In this document: piece after piece, positions 41,260 to 53,400 of the stretch
Numbering within the stretch: position 1 is the first letter of the stretch
Layout: every line of letters starts with the position of its first letter
Translations under genes and position numbers: made by a program
Assembly: GCA_963845755.1 (NCBI GenBank)
Contig: CAWJTV010000011.1
Location: 448,001-512,000 of the forward strand
Direction: 5' to 3'
Length of the DNA stretch: 64,000 bases
From: an uncultured Planctomycetota bacterium
GTDB taxonomy: Bacteria; Planctomycetota; Planctomycetia; Isosphaerales; Isosphaeraceae
Notes under the pieces: model-generated
Seen by the model: the letters and a program-made list of their open reading frames with translations, nothing else
What the model was told of the DNA's origin: nothing
Database searches by the model: none

Positions 41260-43536
41260 TCATCCCTTCCGCTGCAATCGTGGACTTCGCGATGCTCGGA
41301 GGCTGTGAAGAATCGATTCGGAATCACAGATTCGAGATTCAAAATGGATGTAAGCCGAGCCTGCATAGGCGAGTGCGTTTATTGAATCTCGACTCGGGAA
41401 TCTTCGACCCGATTCTTTCGCATCCTCTGGGGCGATAGGAGGGCTGAACGAACCTGTTGCGATCTCGAAGGCGCGACACGGGGTCAGATCAATCATAAGC
41501 ACGCGTACCACAAAAGAAAGAGGGGAGAACTCGACGTGTATCCTTCCGGCATCGACCGGTTGGAGGATCGGTTTCGGCCATTGTTTTCCGCCTTTGCCGG
41601 CCACCATCCCAACCGTGAATCCAAGGTTGACCGATCGCGAGCGACCAGGTTCACCCGGGAGCAATCCCGCGGTCTGATCCATTGCCGGCAGGTGCGAACG
41701 TCGGACGGTTCGGCGGGACCCTCTTCGCATGTCTCGATTGCCCAACGAGTAATGGTCATGATGGATTTCGAGCACGCGGCCCGGGCGGTCGCAACCGATG
41801 CCCAAGCCCGAGGCGATGGGGGACGCGAACGCGTGGCTGCGGTCATTGTGTTGCGATCGAGCAACGTACCGGGCCGAGGCCCGCTCGGGCCGCGCGGCGG
41901 GATTTCGGAGCGACGATGGCTTTGTTTTGCCGATTCTCCTGATCGACGTTCGCCGTGATCGAGTCCGTACGCCTCGCTGGACATCCGCGTGTCGGGCCAG
42001 AGCGATCTCGCGGGACCTCCCGGCGGATCGCCCTTCATCGGCCCCTCGGGCACCTTCTCCCCGCGGGAGGAGCAGGGGACGAGATACGGCTCCGCCGCGC
42101 CGGGAGGCCGCCGCGGAGCCAACCCGCGGTCGCCCTTGCCCCGGCGGGGAAACGGATGGGGTGAGGGGGAGCCGCGCGATGGGGTTCATTGAGACGTCTC
42201 GGGAACTCTTTAGCGGACCGCGGCCGACGGCCGCGGTCGGTTCGCCTTGCGTATCGCGATGACTGCGAACCGCCACACCGAAGAGCAGGGCGAGCACCAT
42301 CGCGGAGATCAGGGCGCGGAGAAACGGCAGCCCGCGACGAGCGATCGCCCCAACCTCCGGCGACGTCGGTTCGTTTGGCCCATTCCCGCCATCGACCGGC
42401 GGTATCGGTTCGTTTGGCCCATTCCCGCCATCGACCGGCGGGTCCGTGGGTTCGTTTCGCGCATTCCCGTCATCGTCTGGTGAGTTTACGCAACACGGGC
42501 CACCGGACGCGGAAGACGTCTCCGTTCTCCGGCCGGATCGGCGGACCTTGAACAGGGTGTCGAGGCTGCGGAACAGCGACCGACTGCACGAGAACTGGTA
42601 GCGGCGCAGCCGCTCTCCCTCGGTGCTGGTGTCGAACGACAGGAGGGCCGCCTGCTGGGCGGCCTCGGCCTCGGCGCGCTGGCGATGTCCGTCGACGAGC
42701 GGCTCCAGGCGCGCGATCGCCTGCTCGGCGACGCTCCGCAACTCCTCGATCGTCGCCTCCTGATCCTGCGCCAGCCCCTCGACCAACTGCCGGTCCAGCT
42801 TGCGTGCGAGGTACCCGTCGATCTCCGGGTGCGGATTGGCCCGCCGGCGCTCGCAGTGGTTCTCCCACTCCTCGGCCGTCAGGTTCAGCGGTGGTTTCCC
42901 CAAAAGGCGGATCGCCCTGGACTTCTCGGTCGATGGCCAGGCCTGGCCCTGGTCGAGGATCGCGCGGAGCTCGATCCAGCGGTCGAGCATCCACTCGCAG
43001 CCGGGACCGGTGGATTCGAGCCGGCGGACGATGGCCCCGGCGTGATCGAGGACGTCGAGGGGCCGGGAGGTCGGGGACTTGCGGCCCGGGAGCAGGGCTT
43101 CGAGGATCTGGCTCTGAAGCTTGATGCTTCCCGATCCATTGCGATCGCTGAAGAGCCGACGGCCCAGCGCGGCGGCCTCTTCCTGCTGACGGTTCGCCTC
43201 CAGGACCGGCAGCGTTTCGATGATGTGGGACAATCGGGCGACCTCGGCGCGATCGGCCCGATCTAATTTCCAGGAGGACTGCACGGCCTGCTCGACCAGG
43301 AACTGCTCGACGTCGTTCTGAGGCTGGAGGTTGCCGATCCAGGAGTCGAGCCGCTCTTGAAGCGCGTCGGGATCCTCGCCGGGCAAGACGAGGGTCCTGG
43401 CGGTCATGCCGTGCTTGACGGCGTTGAACCGGGAGCGGTTCTTGCCCTCGGGGGTCCGGGGTCCGGTGCTCTTCTGGGCATTGCGGCGGTTGATCTCGGC
43501 CCGATCGGGCCTGGACAGAGTCGCGGTCGCGGTCAT
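41260..43536 (-). CDS. Conserved planctomycete hypothetical protein (NRRNAQKSTGPRTPEGK family); C-terminal third probably read-through
   Basis: NRRNAQKSTGPRTPEGK.RSR.NAVKHG N-terminus, EGERLRRYQ, and NEP repeats; low-complexity translation below ~42200. Confidence 0.65.
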   Translation of the reverse strand: MTATATLSRPDRAEINRRNAQKSTGPRTPEGKNRSRFNAVKHGMTARTLVLPGEDPDALQERLDSWIGNLQPQNDVEQFLVEQAVQSSWKLDRADRAEVARLSHIIETLPVLEANRQQEEAAALGRRLFSDRNGSGSIKLQSQILEALLPGRKSPTSRPLDVLDHAGAIVRRLESTGPGCEWMLDRWIELRAILDQGQAWPSTEKSRAIRLLGKPPLNLTAEEWENHCERRRANPHPEIDGYLARKLDRQLVEGLAQDQEATIEELRSVAEQAIARLEPLVDGHRQRAEAEAAQQAALLSFDTSTEGERLRRYQFSCSRSLFRSLDTLFKVRRSGRRTETSSASGGPCCVNSPDDDGNARNEPTDPPVDGGNGPNEPIPPVDGGNGPNEPTSPEVGAIARRGLPFLRALISAMVLALLFGVAVRSHRDTQGEPTAAVGRGPLKSSRDVSMNPIARLPLTPSVSPPGQGRPRVGSAAASRRGGAVSRPLLLPRGEGARGADEGRSAGRSREIALARHADVQRGVRTRSRRTSIRRIGKTKPSSLRNPAARPERASARYVARSQHNDRSHAFASPIASGLGIGCDRPGRVLEIHHDHYSLGNRDMRRGSRRTVRRSHLPAMDQTAGLLPGEPGRSRSVNLGFTVGMVAGKGGKQWPKPILQPVDAGRIHVEFSPLSFVVRVLMIDLTPCRAFEIATGSFSPPIAPEDAKESGRRFPSRDSINALAYAGSAYIHFESRICDSESILHSLRASRSPRLQRKG
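42368..42470 (-). repeat. Short tandem repeat encoding PPVDGGNGPNEP
   Basis: ggttcgtttggcccattcccgccatcgaccggc twice plus a degenerate third copy. Confidence 0.8.
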
Positions 43537-43963
43537 GAGGTAGGCCCCTGGTGCGGATTCCTCGGCAGTCGTCCTCAGCGTCAGATCGTGTCGCCTGGCT
43601 CGACGGCGCCGCGCCGCCGTTTACCCATACGATCCGCACGAGCGCGCTCTCAGTTGCATAAAAATTGCTGCATGTCAGGGTTTTCCGACGGGGGTTCCGC
43701 CGAAACCTGATGCTGCATCAACAGTTACGTCGAACGACGCGGAGCCCGGAAATGCTTAAAAAAACCAGTCTGACCAAGCTGGCTGGCGCGTCGCCCCCGG
43801 CCAGCCGGTGAAGGTGTCGGGAAGCCTAGATCCAATACGGTTGAATGAGCGTTAACCAGAAGAAAGGGCAAGACTTGCGAACGCCTTGTTCCCGCTCCGG
43901 AGCGTGAGAACGAGAACCAGGGATGTATCCGCGTCGGCCCAGGGGCGTATGTAACCCAAATCG

Positions 43964-45291
43964 TCAAGCGCCCTGGTGGTTTGTCACATTCGAGTCTGTG
44001 GAGCCTTCGAACGACAGGCTCGCGATTCCTCTCGGCACCACGTGGCCGGCAATGAGGTCCGCCAGTTTGCCGACTTCGACGGTGCGATCGTGGAGTTTGG
44101 TTACCCACATCGCACCGGCTTGGCCCATGCGCTCCAGGAGGTCCGGCGGTGCTGAGAGGGCCTCGTGCATCGCCTCGGTCAAACTTTGGACCGACCCCGC
44201 GGGAATGAGCCAGCCGTTGATTCCGGGCTGGACCAACTCGGGAATGCCCGCGATGTGAGTGGTGATGACCGGCCGATGCAGGGCCAGCGACTCCATGATG
44301 ACAGCGGGTAGCCCCTCGGCGAAACTCGGCAAGACCAGGGCGCGGGAGTTGAGCATCTCGTGGCGCACGCCTGCCTCGTCCAGCCAACCGGTGAGGCGGA
44401 TGCGATCTTTCAGATGGCGGTCCGCGATGAGTCGCTCGATCGGTCGTCGCAGGGGACCATCGCCGACCAACACCAGTTCCGCGTCTACCCCCGCCGCGGC
44501 GAGGCGGCCCATCGCCTCGACGAGCAGGAGTTGGCCTTTCTGTTCGGCGAGCCGACCGACGCAGACCAGCCGCGGCTCTTTCGTAATCGCGGCCCGCTGG
44601 CTCGTGTGGAAGCACTCGGCCACACCGCAGCGGATGAGGTGGATCTTCGGCCAGTCGGCGCGGTCCGACCAGCGGTAGAGCTGCGCCGACTGAAGCTGCT
44701 GACGGTGGCTACGAACGCGGCGCGGCGAATCTTTTCGGCGAGGGCAATTTGGATCGGACGATCGAATTCTCCCGGGCCATGGATGGTCAGACTGTAGGGA
44801 ATGTCGTTGATCGCCGCGGCGAGCATGGTGACGGCCGCCGAGTCTTCACCAATATGGTTGTGCAGGTGCTGCACCCCTTTCGCCTTCAGCCGCTCGGCCA
44901 GGTACGTGGCCTCCACGAGGTAGGCCAGGGGCCAGAGCCTGCCCTTCAAGCCTGGCGCTCCGATCCGGAGCGCCAGCCATGCCGCGCCGAGCAGCCGGTG
45001 CGGTAAGCGGAGGGCTGCCATCAAGAAGGCCATCGCCAGCCGCCCGAGGCCCACAGGAAGCAAGAACTCGGTGCTGGCATGCTCACGACGGGCCGACTCG
45101 CCGACCAACTCGCCAGGGCCCGGCTCTCCGGTCGCGAAGGTGTGGACGGTGAAGCCCAGCTCGCGGAGGCCGACCACTTCGCCGCGGATGTAGTCGTCGC
45201 ACACCCGGCCGTAGACGCTGGCCATATAACCGATCGTCGGGGAGGCTGGACGATCGCCATGGGTAGGCCCCCCTGGCAAGGGCCGCTTCAT
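43964..45291 (-). CDS. Glycosyltransferase family 4 (WcaL-like); frameshift at ~44690
   Basis: HLHNH, YSLTIHGP.EF, VGRLAEQKG, PSFAEGLP.VIME. Confidence 0.88.
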
Positions 45292-45414
45292 GACGTCCTC
45301 TCGATACATACTCCACCTCGTGGGGACTCCCGCATCTACGGGGTCATTGGGACAATCGGCGACCGAGCGGGTGTGTCCGACTCCGGGAGTCGTTCTGCAC
45401 AAGAGGGATCGATG

Positions 45415-46085
45415 TTAAGTCGGTGACGGCACCGGCACGTAGAAGGCATACGACTTCTCCAGACCCATCAATCGCTCGACGTAGCACTTGCTGCGCGGGA
45501 ATAACTCGGCCATGCGTCGCCGAGTCAGGACACGAGTGTTTCGCATGAACTCGGACCACGCTGGCGTGGCGCGGGCCCAGCGAGCGATCAGGTGAGCACG
45601 TACGGGCTTGGGTAACTGCCAGTAGAACGGGATCATGCAATGCGATTCGATCGGGAATCGATTGCTGGGCGTCTGGACCCAATAGGAAGGCGCGAGTCGG
45701 CGGACCTCGCGTGCGAAAGCCTCCTGACGCGCTTCATCGCCGATGTGCTCGATCGTCGCGTTGCTGAAAACCAGGTCGAAGGAGTCGTCCTCGAACATAT
45801 CGCTCAGGTCGCAAGCGTCAGCGTGGACGTACGTAAACCGATGGGACTTCAGGGCCGGTGCCATTGCGGCGGAGGAGGGGAGGTTGACCAGCGTGACGTG
45901 GAAGTCCCGATCCAGGGTTTGCCACAGCGCGGGGGTGCCGCCTAGATCGATAATCCGCGCGCCGCGCTCAAATGGGTCAGCTCGAGGAAGCGTTGCATCC
46001 GGCGGGCGCGCCACCGCGGGGCCAGATGCCGCGTGACATACGAGTGGAGTCGGAGCCCCGCGGGCGCCATGGGAGGATTCTCCAT
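45415..46085 (-). CDS. Class I SAM-dependent methyltransferase; frameshift at ~45975
   Basis: RARRM..F, IIDLGGT, DACDL, FDLVFSNA.IEH, VQTP...FPIE.H. Confidence 0.8.
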
Positions 46086-46257
46086 CTGGAAGGCTCGTTT
46101 ACGGCAACGCCCCGTCCATCCATGCCTTTCGGACGGATTGCGCGAGGCAGCCATGGGATCGATCGACGAGGAGCTGGCTCCGATCGAGGAAGCACGAGGG
46201 ATCACAGCATCCGGTCGGGCTGACCGCGGCCCCGCCGTCCTCGGATTAAGGCCCTTT

Positions 46258-47127
46258 CTATCGCTTCGGGGTAGATCGAGTCGTAGGAGAAGGATCCTCC
46301 AGTGAGTCTAAGGATCGATCCTGACGCCGGAATTCCCGACTCGTCGCGAATCTCAACAGCGATTTGGCGAGGAATACCGCGTTGCGGCTGTAGCGAGGAG
46401 TCAGGCGAACCGGCTCCTGATAGATGCGGTAGGGCGTCTCCAGGCCGAGAGTTCGCATCCAGCGCAGTGCGCGGGGAATCCTCCCGGCGGCGAAGTCGAT
46501 CGCCGATCCGACCTGGATGCTGACCGGGACTTTGAGAGTCTTGTAGTTTCGGAATAGCCAGCGTTCACCCTGGGGTTGGCTCATCGCCAGGAACATCACA
46601 TCCGGCCTTGCCGCACGAATGCGGGCGATCAGTTGCTGATGCTCGTCGGGCCCCAGGTCCCGGAATACGGGCGACTCGGTCCCCACGATGCGGAGACCCG
46701 CATAGAGGTTACAGAGATTCCGAACGGCCTGATCGGCCACGCCGGGCGCACCGCCGAGAAAGAACAGGTTATAGCCCTTGCCGGCCGCGAGTTCGCTGAA
46801 TCGATAGAGCAAATCCGTGCCAGTGACGCGCTCCGGGAGCGGCCGGCTCGTCAGCCAGGAGGTCCAGACCAGGGTGATGCCATCCGGGACGATGAACGCG
46901 GCTCCTTGGTTGACCCTGTGCAGATCTGGATCACGTGCGACATGCATCGCATAATTGAGATTGGCGGTGATGATGTAACCTGGATCCCCCAGGAGGACGA
47001 GGCGTTCCACCTTCTCCGCGGCCTGGTCGAGCGTCACGGAGGCGAAAGGGATGTCGAAAACCCAGGTCGGCGGGGGATTGTCCGGCGGCTCGTGCCCCCC
47101 GATGGCCCCGTTACTCATCGTTTTCAT
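46258..47127 (-). CDS. WecB/TagA/CpsF family glycosyltransferase
   Basis: ITAN, PDG, ERVTGTDL, FFLGG, P.GE.W, VG...DF.AG...RA..WM...GLE..YR..QEP.RL..RY. Confidence 0.92.
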   Translation of the reverse strand: MKTMSNGAIGGHEPPDNPPPTWVFDIPFASVTLDQAAEKVERLVLLGDPGYIITANLNYAMHVARDPDLHRVNQGAAFIVPDGITLVWTSWLTSRPLPERVTGTDLLYRFSELAAGKGYNLFFLGGAPGVADQAVRNLCNLYAGLRIVGTESPVFRDLGPDEHQQLIARIRAARPDVMFLAMSQPQGERWLFRNYKTLKVPVSIQVGSAIDFAAGRIPRALRWMRTLGLETPYRIYQEPVRLTPRYSRNAVFLAKSLLRFATSREFRRQDRSLDSLEDPSPTTRSTPKR

Positions 47128-48075
47128 CCCTTCCGACTCTGCTCGATCCGACTGCGTCTGACATCCGCAAGATCGGCGGCAGCAACATCCTCAAGGTATT
47201 CGATGGGATGGAACTCATAGATCTTCGCCAAGGCGTAAAGCTTCTTGGCCGCCGTGTCTCGGCCGATCCGGCGAACCCGGTCGGCCGCCCTCGGCAAGAG
47301 GGAGTCTAATCGCCGAGCGGGGTACGTGATGGGATCCGCTGATGCGTCGATATCATATGGATGAAGATACACCAAGGGAACGAACCCTTGGCGGGCTCCT
47401 CGTTCGAGCAGACGAACGATGAACGGCAAGGGGAGGAGGCGAAAATACGTCCCTCCGATCACGGTGAGACGCTTGGAACCCCATCCGATGCATGGAAGCG
47501 GTACTTCCCATACCGTCCCGCTCGAACCGGGGAGGGCAAACCTCCCGGAGAACCCACGGGGTGCGTTGTGACAACGAAAGGAGCTGTCCAACGTGATGCC
47601 GGCTCGAGCCAACACATCACCGAACCAAGAAGTGCATCCCTCGGCGCTGAAATACCGGTGCGCGATACGCCCGGACCGGCCACCCGGCGACATCCTCCAA
47701 TTCCGACTTCGCCGTGAGGAGATCCCGCTCGAAAAGTAAGGCCCCTAGCTTGTTCACGGGAAGGTGTTCTTGGCCATGACAGGCGAGCCGATGTCGTGAG
47801 GTGATCTCGGCCCAGCACGAGATGGGGAGTTCACGAACCAGCCTTCCCACCGCAAAGAAGGTCGCGGCAGCGTCGCAGAGATCCAATAACTGCAATACTG
47901 CCTCGAGCTGACGCTGGACCTCGGCCGGATGCGGTGGCGCGTCCTCCCCCCAGTAATCTCGCAGGTACTGGCGGCGGTAATCTTCGAGATCGATCGTCAA
48001 AATGGCGATCGGACGCTTAGCGTGCACACCCATGCGACGATCTCTTCCAGGCGGGTTACCTCGGTACGACATCAT
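47124..48075 (-). CDS. Polysaccharide deacetylase family protein (DUF3473-type); frameshift at ~47655
   Basis: LTIDLEDY, ATFF.VG, ACHG..H, YRAP.FS, DSS, GGTYFRL.P, YLHP. Confidence 0.8.
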
Positions 48076-49168
48076 TGATCCCCCGCTGAATCCCTTACCG
48101 CAGGAATACACCACCTTTCTTGACCGCCGACTAGTCATCGATGCAAAAAAACAACGTTACTTGAATATTAAAGCCGATCTCTCCAGACACCGGCCATTGA
48201 TCGACGCAAAAAACGACTCTAACCGAATATTAAAGCCAAAGATGCTCTTAAAAATAACGTGAGTCCCGGTTCAGCCCAAGGCGAATGAGATGGTTGCCCA
48301 AGGAAGCGGAGCCGGGGAGAATGCATCATCTGGCATCTGGCCCGTTCGGAGGTGGGGGAATGAATCGTGTCAGATTCTCGGGAGATCGAAGAGAAAAAAT
48401 GAATCGACATCGTTTTTCCGCCGATTCTTCCCGGACACCGATTCTTCCCGAAGAGGATCATGAACTCGACACCGAACAAAGCACGACTCGCGCATTGCTC
48501 GAGGGACATGGTGATGTCGATCTGCGAGCGAATTGGGATCACGTTGATCGGTACCCGCCTTCGGCGGCCAGCCGAAGGTGTCCGATGGTTGCTCGGCTCG
48601 TGGAAACGATGGAAGCATCCCGAACTACGAGAGGTCTACCACGAGTGGAAGAGAGCGTGTGAATTGTTCAACAAATCAGTAAATAATAGTATAAGTTATA
48701 TCAACGTAAGATGCCATTTAGGTATGACGCTCGACGAGCTCGTACGGTGATCGCCGCACGGGGCCGGCTCCTCCAAGGACATGGACCCGCCGGTTTTCTT
48801 GTAGGAGGCGGCTCCGTCCGCCGATCCCCACTTTCCCTATCGCGTGGACCTGTATAGTGGTCTGTCGGCCGATCATTGTCGGGTCGATCGGCGGAAAAAA
48901 CGGCAGTCTACTCGATCGAAGGCACATCCCACCCGACGATCGACGCGTGACCGAGCACTGGCGGGGCTCTCAGGAACCGGGGCGGCTCCCCTTCGCTTAG
49001 GGAAGGACGGTGAATACGGTGTCGCACGCGTCCAGGGAGACGCCGGATTCGCCGGCCACGCCATCGGGCGGCGTCGTGATGACGGAGATTGCAGCGGCCG
49101 TCGCGAGCGAGAGGTGAGGTGGCAACACGGGACCGACTCACCACAGAGGAAACGTGAATGGGATTCTC

Positions 49169-49247
49169 CTTCGTTTCCTCCGTTTTCTTCTGTTCCAGGA
49201 TGGGACTGCAAACAAGGCTTGAACAGAAGGGAACGAAGTCAACGAAG
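49169..49247. repeat. Imperfect inverted repeat (REP-like)
   Basis: cttcgtttcctccgttttcttctgttc versus gaacagaagggaacgaagtcaacgaag. Confidence 0.6.
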
Positions 49248-49375
49248 CAACTCATCCTACGCCTGGTCCGTCAGCCCACAGATCCTCACCTAGTTTATGT
49301 GAACTACCACCCTGTTTCACACCATGCTCGCCCGGACAGAATCCCCCAACCCTAATTCTTAGCTGTGACAAAGCA

Positions 49376-49569
49376 CTAGAGCGCTTAACAATTGGATGGC
49401 GCACGCTCGAAGTCCGCTCCCGAAGACCCCCCCTGTATCCCCCCTTCGTTAGGGGGGAGGTATTGAAGCGGAACGGTCCCCTGTCTTTTCCCGCCTTACG
49501 AAGGGGGGATACAGGGGTGGATTCGCATCGTCACTGGGGCGTGCGCAACCCAACTGCGAGGCGCTGTAC
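49376..49569. mobile_element. MITE-like non-autonomous element, copy 2
   Basis: CTAGAGCGC...GCGCTGTAC termini; internal palindrome CCCCTGTATCCCCCCTTCGT / ACGAAGGGGGGATACAGGGG. Confidence 0.65.
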
Positions 49570-49715
49570 GCCGGTAAGGTGCGCCGTGAGTACCGATCCG
49601 TCGCGCCGGTCTTACTCTCCGAGGACGGATGGATGACACGGCCGCCGATGATTCCCTTCCATCGAGGGGATCGGTAGAATCGGTGAACAATTAGTTTAAC
49701 TGATGGAATCCATCA

Positions 49716-50336
49716 ATGCCAGACGCCGAAGACGGTTCGATCACGCGGTGGATGATCGGCGTGAAGGGGGGCGACCTCGCGGCGGCGCAGCCGCTGTGGG
49801 AGCGTTACTTCGCGCGGATGGTCGAGCTGGCGCGGGTGCGGCTGCGCGCCTCGGGGCGCCGGGACGCCGCCAGCGACGAGGAAGATGCCGCGCTCTCCGC
49901 CTTCGACAGCCTCTGCGCGGGGTTGGCCCGGGGACAATTCCCCCAACTGGCCGACCGCGACGACCTCTGGCGGCTGCTCGTGGTCATCACCACGCGGAAG
50001 GTCCAGGCGCAGGCGCGGGGGAAATACCGCCAGAAGCGCGGTGGCGGCCTCGTCCGGGCCGCCTCCGAATTCGCCGACAATGGCGACGGTGATGACGACG
50101 ACCTGCTGTCCCAGGCCGTCGGCTCCGAACCGACCCCGGAGTTCGCAGTCATGGTCGCCGAAGAATATCGGAGACTTCTCGACCGGCTCGATGACGACGT
50201 CCTCCGCAAGGTGGCCGTGTTCCGCATGGAGGGCTATACCACCGACGCCATCGCCGATCAGCTCGGCTGCGCCCGCCGCACCGTCGCGCGGCAACTGGCG
50301 CTGATCCGCCGAATCCTCGATGCGGATTCGGAATGA
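49716..50336 (+). CDS. Planctomycete ECF-type sigma factor (kinase-associated)
   Basis: SITRW....K.GD..AAQ.LWERYF, DEEDAALSAF, DRDDLWRLL..IT.RK, EGYT...IA..LGC..RTV.R.L HTH. Confidence 0.9.
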   Translation: MPDAEDGSITRWMIGVKGGDLAAAQPLWERYFARMVELARVRLRASGRRDAASDEEDAALSAFDSLCAGLARGQFPQLADRDDLWRLLVVITTRKVQAQARGKYRQKRGGGLVRAASEFADNGDGDDDDLLSQAVGSEPTPEFAVMVAEEYRRLLDRLDDDVLRKVAVFRMEGYTTDAIADQLGCARRTVARQLALIRRILDADSE

Positions 50337-50427
50337 TTCCTTTCCTGTCACAGTTTCCTTCCAGTTGGACATGTTCCCGGCGTAGGGTCATCCGCGAGCA
50401 TCGTTCGGTTGCGACGAGCGAGCCCTA

Positions 50428-53400
50428 ATGGCAACGGCGGACAATCCGATGAACGATCCAACAGGTGTCAACCTCGATCGTCTGGACCTGGATCTGGCGC
50501 GTCGCATCGACGCGGTCTGTCGCCGCTTCGAGGCCGGCTGGCGAAGCGGGAGGCGGCCGATAATCGGAGATTATCTCGGCGCGGTGCCCGAATCCGGGCA
50601 CAGGGCCCTGCGCTCCGAGCTGGAGGCCCTGGAATGCGAGCTGCGCCAGTCGGAGGGGACCGGTGCGCGATCCGAGGCTTTGCGATCTCCCACGATCGCC
50701 GAGGCGGTGACCATCGGCCCGGCTGGCTCTGCGACCGTGTCCGTGGAAGGCGCGGCGGAGACGGCGATTCCGGAAGTCGCCACCCGGCTGCTCCACGACG
50801 ACTCGACCGTCAACCTCGGCGCGGCCGAACCGGCTCAGGCGGAAGCCCCATCACCCGCGCGCATCCGCTACTTCGGCGATTACGAGATCGTCCGCGAGCT
50901 GGCCCGCGGTGGCATGGGCGTCGTCTTCCAGGCGCGGCAGATGAGCCTCAACCGCAAGGTCGCGCTGAAGATGATCCTCGCCGGACAGCTCGCCAATGAG
51001 ACCGACGTCCGGCGCTTCTACACCGAGGCCGAGGCCGCTGCCCACCTCGACCACCCGGGGATCGTGCCGATTTTCGAAGTGCGTGAGCACGAAGAGCAGC
51101 ACTATTTCTCGATGGGCTTCGTCGAGGGCCAGAGCTTCGCGCAACGGCTGGCCGCCGGCCCGTTGCCGCCGCGCGAGGCGGCGGCGCTGATGGTGAAGGT
51201 CGCTGAGGCCATCGCCTACGCCCATCAGCGCGGCGTGATCCACCGCGACCTCAAGCCGGCCAATATCCTGCTCGACCAAGCCGCCAATCCGCGCGTGACC
51301 GACTTCGGCCTGGCGAAGAAGCTGGAGGGGAACAGCAGTCTGACCGGCTCGGGCCAGATCATGGGGACGCCCAGCTACATGCCGCCGGAACAAGCGAGGG
51401 GCCAGCGGGGCGAGGTGGGTCCGGCGGCCGATGTGTATGCTTTGGGGGCGACGCTCTATGCCTTGGTCACCGGCCGGCCGCCGTTCCAGGCCGCCACGCC
51501 GATGGATACCGTGATCCAGGTCCTTAGCGACGAACCGGTCCCACCAAGGCGGTTGAATCAGGCCGTCGATCGTGACCTCGAGACGATCTGCCTGAAGGCC
51601 ATGGCCAAGGAACCGGCGCGTCGTTACACCACGGCAGGCGACCTGGCGACCGACCTGCGGCGGTTCCTGGATGGAGAGCCGATCCGTGCTCGTCCGGTTA
51701 GCGCACTCGAGAAGGGCTGGCGGTGGTGTCGGCGGCGACCGGTCATCGCGGGCCTGACCGCGGCGGTGGTCGTGGCGGTCCTGGGGGGCTTGATGGGTAC
51801 CAGCCTCGGGCTGGTCGCCGCACTCAAGGCCGAGGCCAAGGAACGGGAACAGACCGCGCTGGCTGAGCAACGTCTCTACGATTTCCGGATGAATCTCGTC
51901 CAGAGGTACTGGGAGGATTACGACGGTGCACTCTTGGATCAAGGGCTCTACGAACTGCACCCGGCCAACACGGGCGGCACCGATCGCCGAGGTTTCGAGT
52001 GGTTCTACTGGGAACGGAGAATCGGCTCGGCGCACATCACCCTCCACGGGCACCGTGGTCCCGTCGAGGGCGTGACGTTCAGCGCCGACGGCCGGCGCCT
52101 CGCCTCGGCCAGCCTGGATGGGACCGTGAACGTCTGGGACGCCGCGACCGGGCAGGTCATCCGCACCCTCAAGGGACACACCGATTCGCCCACCAGCGTG
52201 GCGTTCAGCCCCGACGGCCGGCGGATCGCCTCGGGCAGCCGCGATCAGACGGTGAAGATCTGGGACGCCGAGACCGGTGGGGTCATCCAGACTCTCCGGG
52301 GCCATAGCAACCACGTCAACAGCGTGGCGTTCAGCCCCGACGGCCGGCGGATCGCCTCGGGCAGCATTGATCGGACGGTGAAGGTGTGGAATGCCGCGAC
52401 CGGACAGGTCATCCACACCCTCGAGGGGCACGATGACAACGTCACCAGTGTGTCGTTCAGCCCCGACGGTCGCCGCCTCGCTTCTGCTAGCAAAGATCAG
52501 ACGGTGAAGATCTGGGAGGCGGCGACGGCACGGGAGATCCGCACTCTCAAGGGGCACAGTGGCCGTCTCAGGAGCGTGGCGTTTTCCCCGGACGGCCACC
52601 GCCTCGCTTCCGCCAGCGACGATCACACGGTGAAGATCTGGGACGCCGAAACCGGGCGGGATATCCGTACCCTCATGGGGCACCGAGACGTTGCGAGCGT
52701 GGCGTTATCTCCGGACGGCCACCGCCTCGCCTCCGCCGGCGACGATGCGATGGTGAGGCTGTGGGACCCCGAGACCGGGCGGGAGCTCCATGTCCTCAAG
52801 GGGCACCTCGCCGATGTCCGCAGCGTGGCGTTCTCCCCGGATGCCCGGCGCCTCGCCTCCTCGAGTTGGGATGGGACGGTGAGGATCTGGGACACCGCGA
52901 CCGCGCAGGAGACACGCAGCCTCGAGGGGCATCGTGGCCCTCTCACGAGCGTGGCGTTCAGTCCCGACGGCAACCGCATCGCCTCCGCCGGCCACGACGG
53001 GACAGTGAAGATCTGGGACGCCGCGAGCGATCGGGTCATCCGCACGCTCGAGGCGCAGGACGGGTGGGTCACGAGCGTGGCGTTCAGCCCGGATGGCCAG
53101 AGGCTCGCATCCGCCGGCTGGAGTGGGAAGGTCAAGGTCTGGGATACCGCGACCGGTCAGGTCATCCGCACGCTCGATGGACACAGCGGCCCCGTCATTA
53201 GCGTGGCGTTCAGCCCCGATGGCAAGCACTGATTTCCGCCAGCCTGCACTCGATAACGGCCTGGGACACCGCGACCGGGCGTGCCACCTTGACCTTCACC
53301 CTCCCGCAATCCGCCAGGATGTTCAGCAGCGTGTCGTTCAACACCGACGGCCGGTACGTGGTCTCCGCCGCCCGCGAGGGAGTGGAATTGTGGGACGCAG

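Noticed and set aside
43665..43720. Hairpin TGCATGTCAGG...CCTGATGCTGCA as an ncRNA or terminator
   Set aside because: Imperfect stem, no U-tract and no recognisable family; insufficient evidence.
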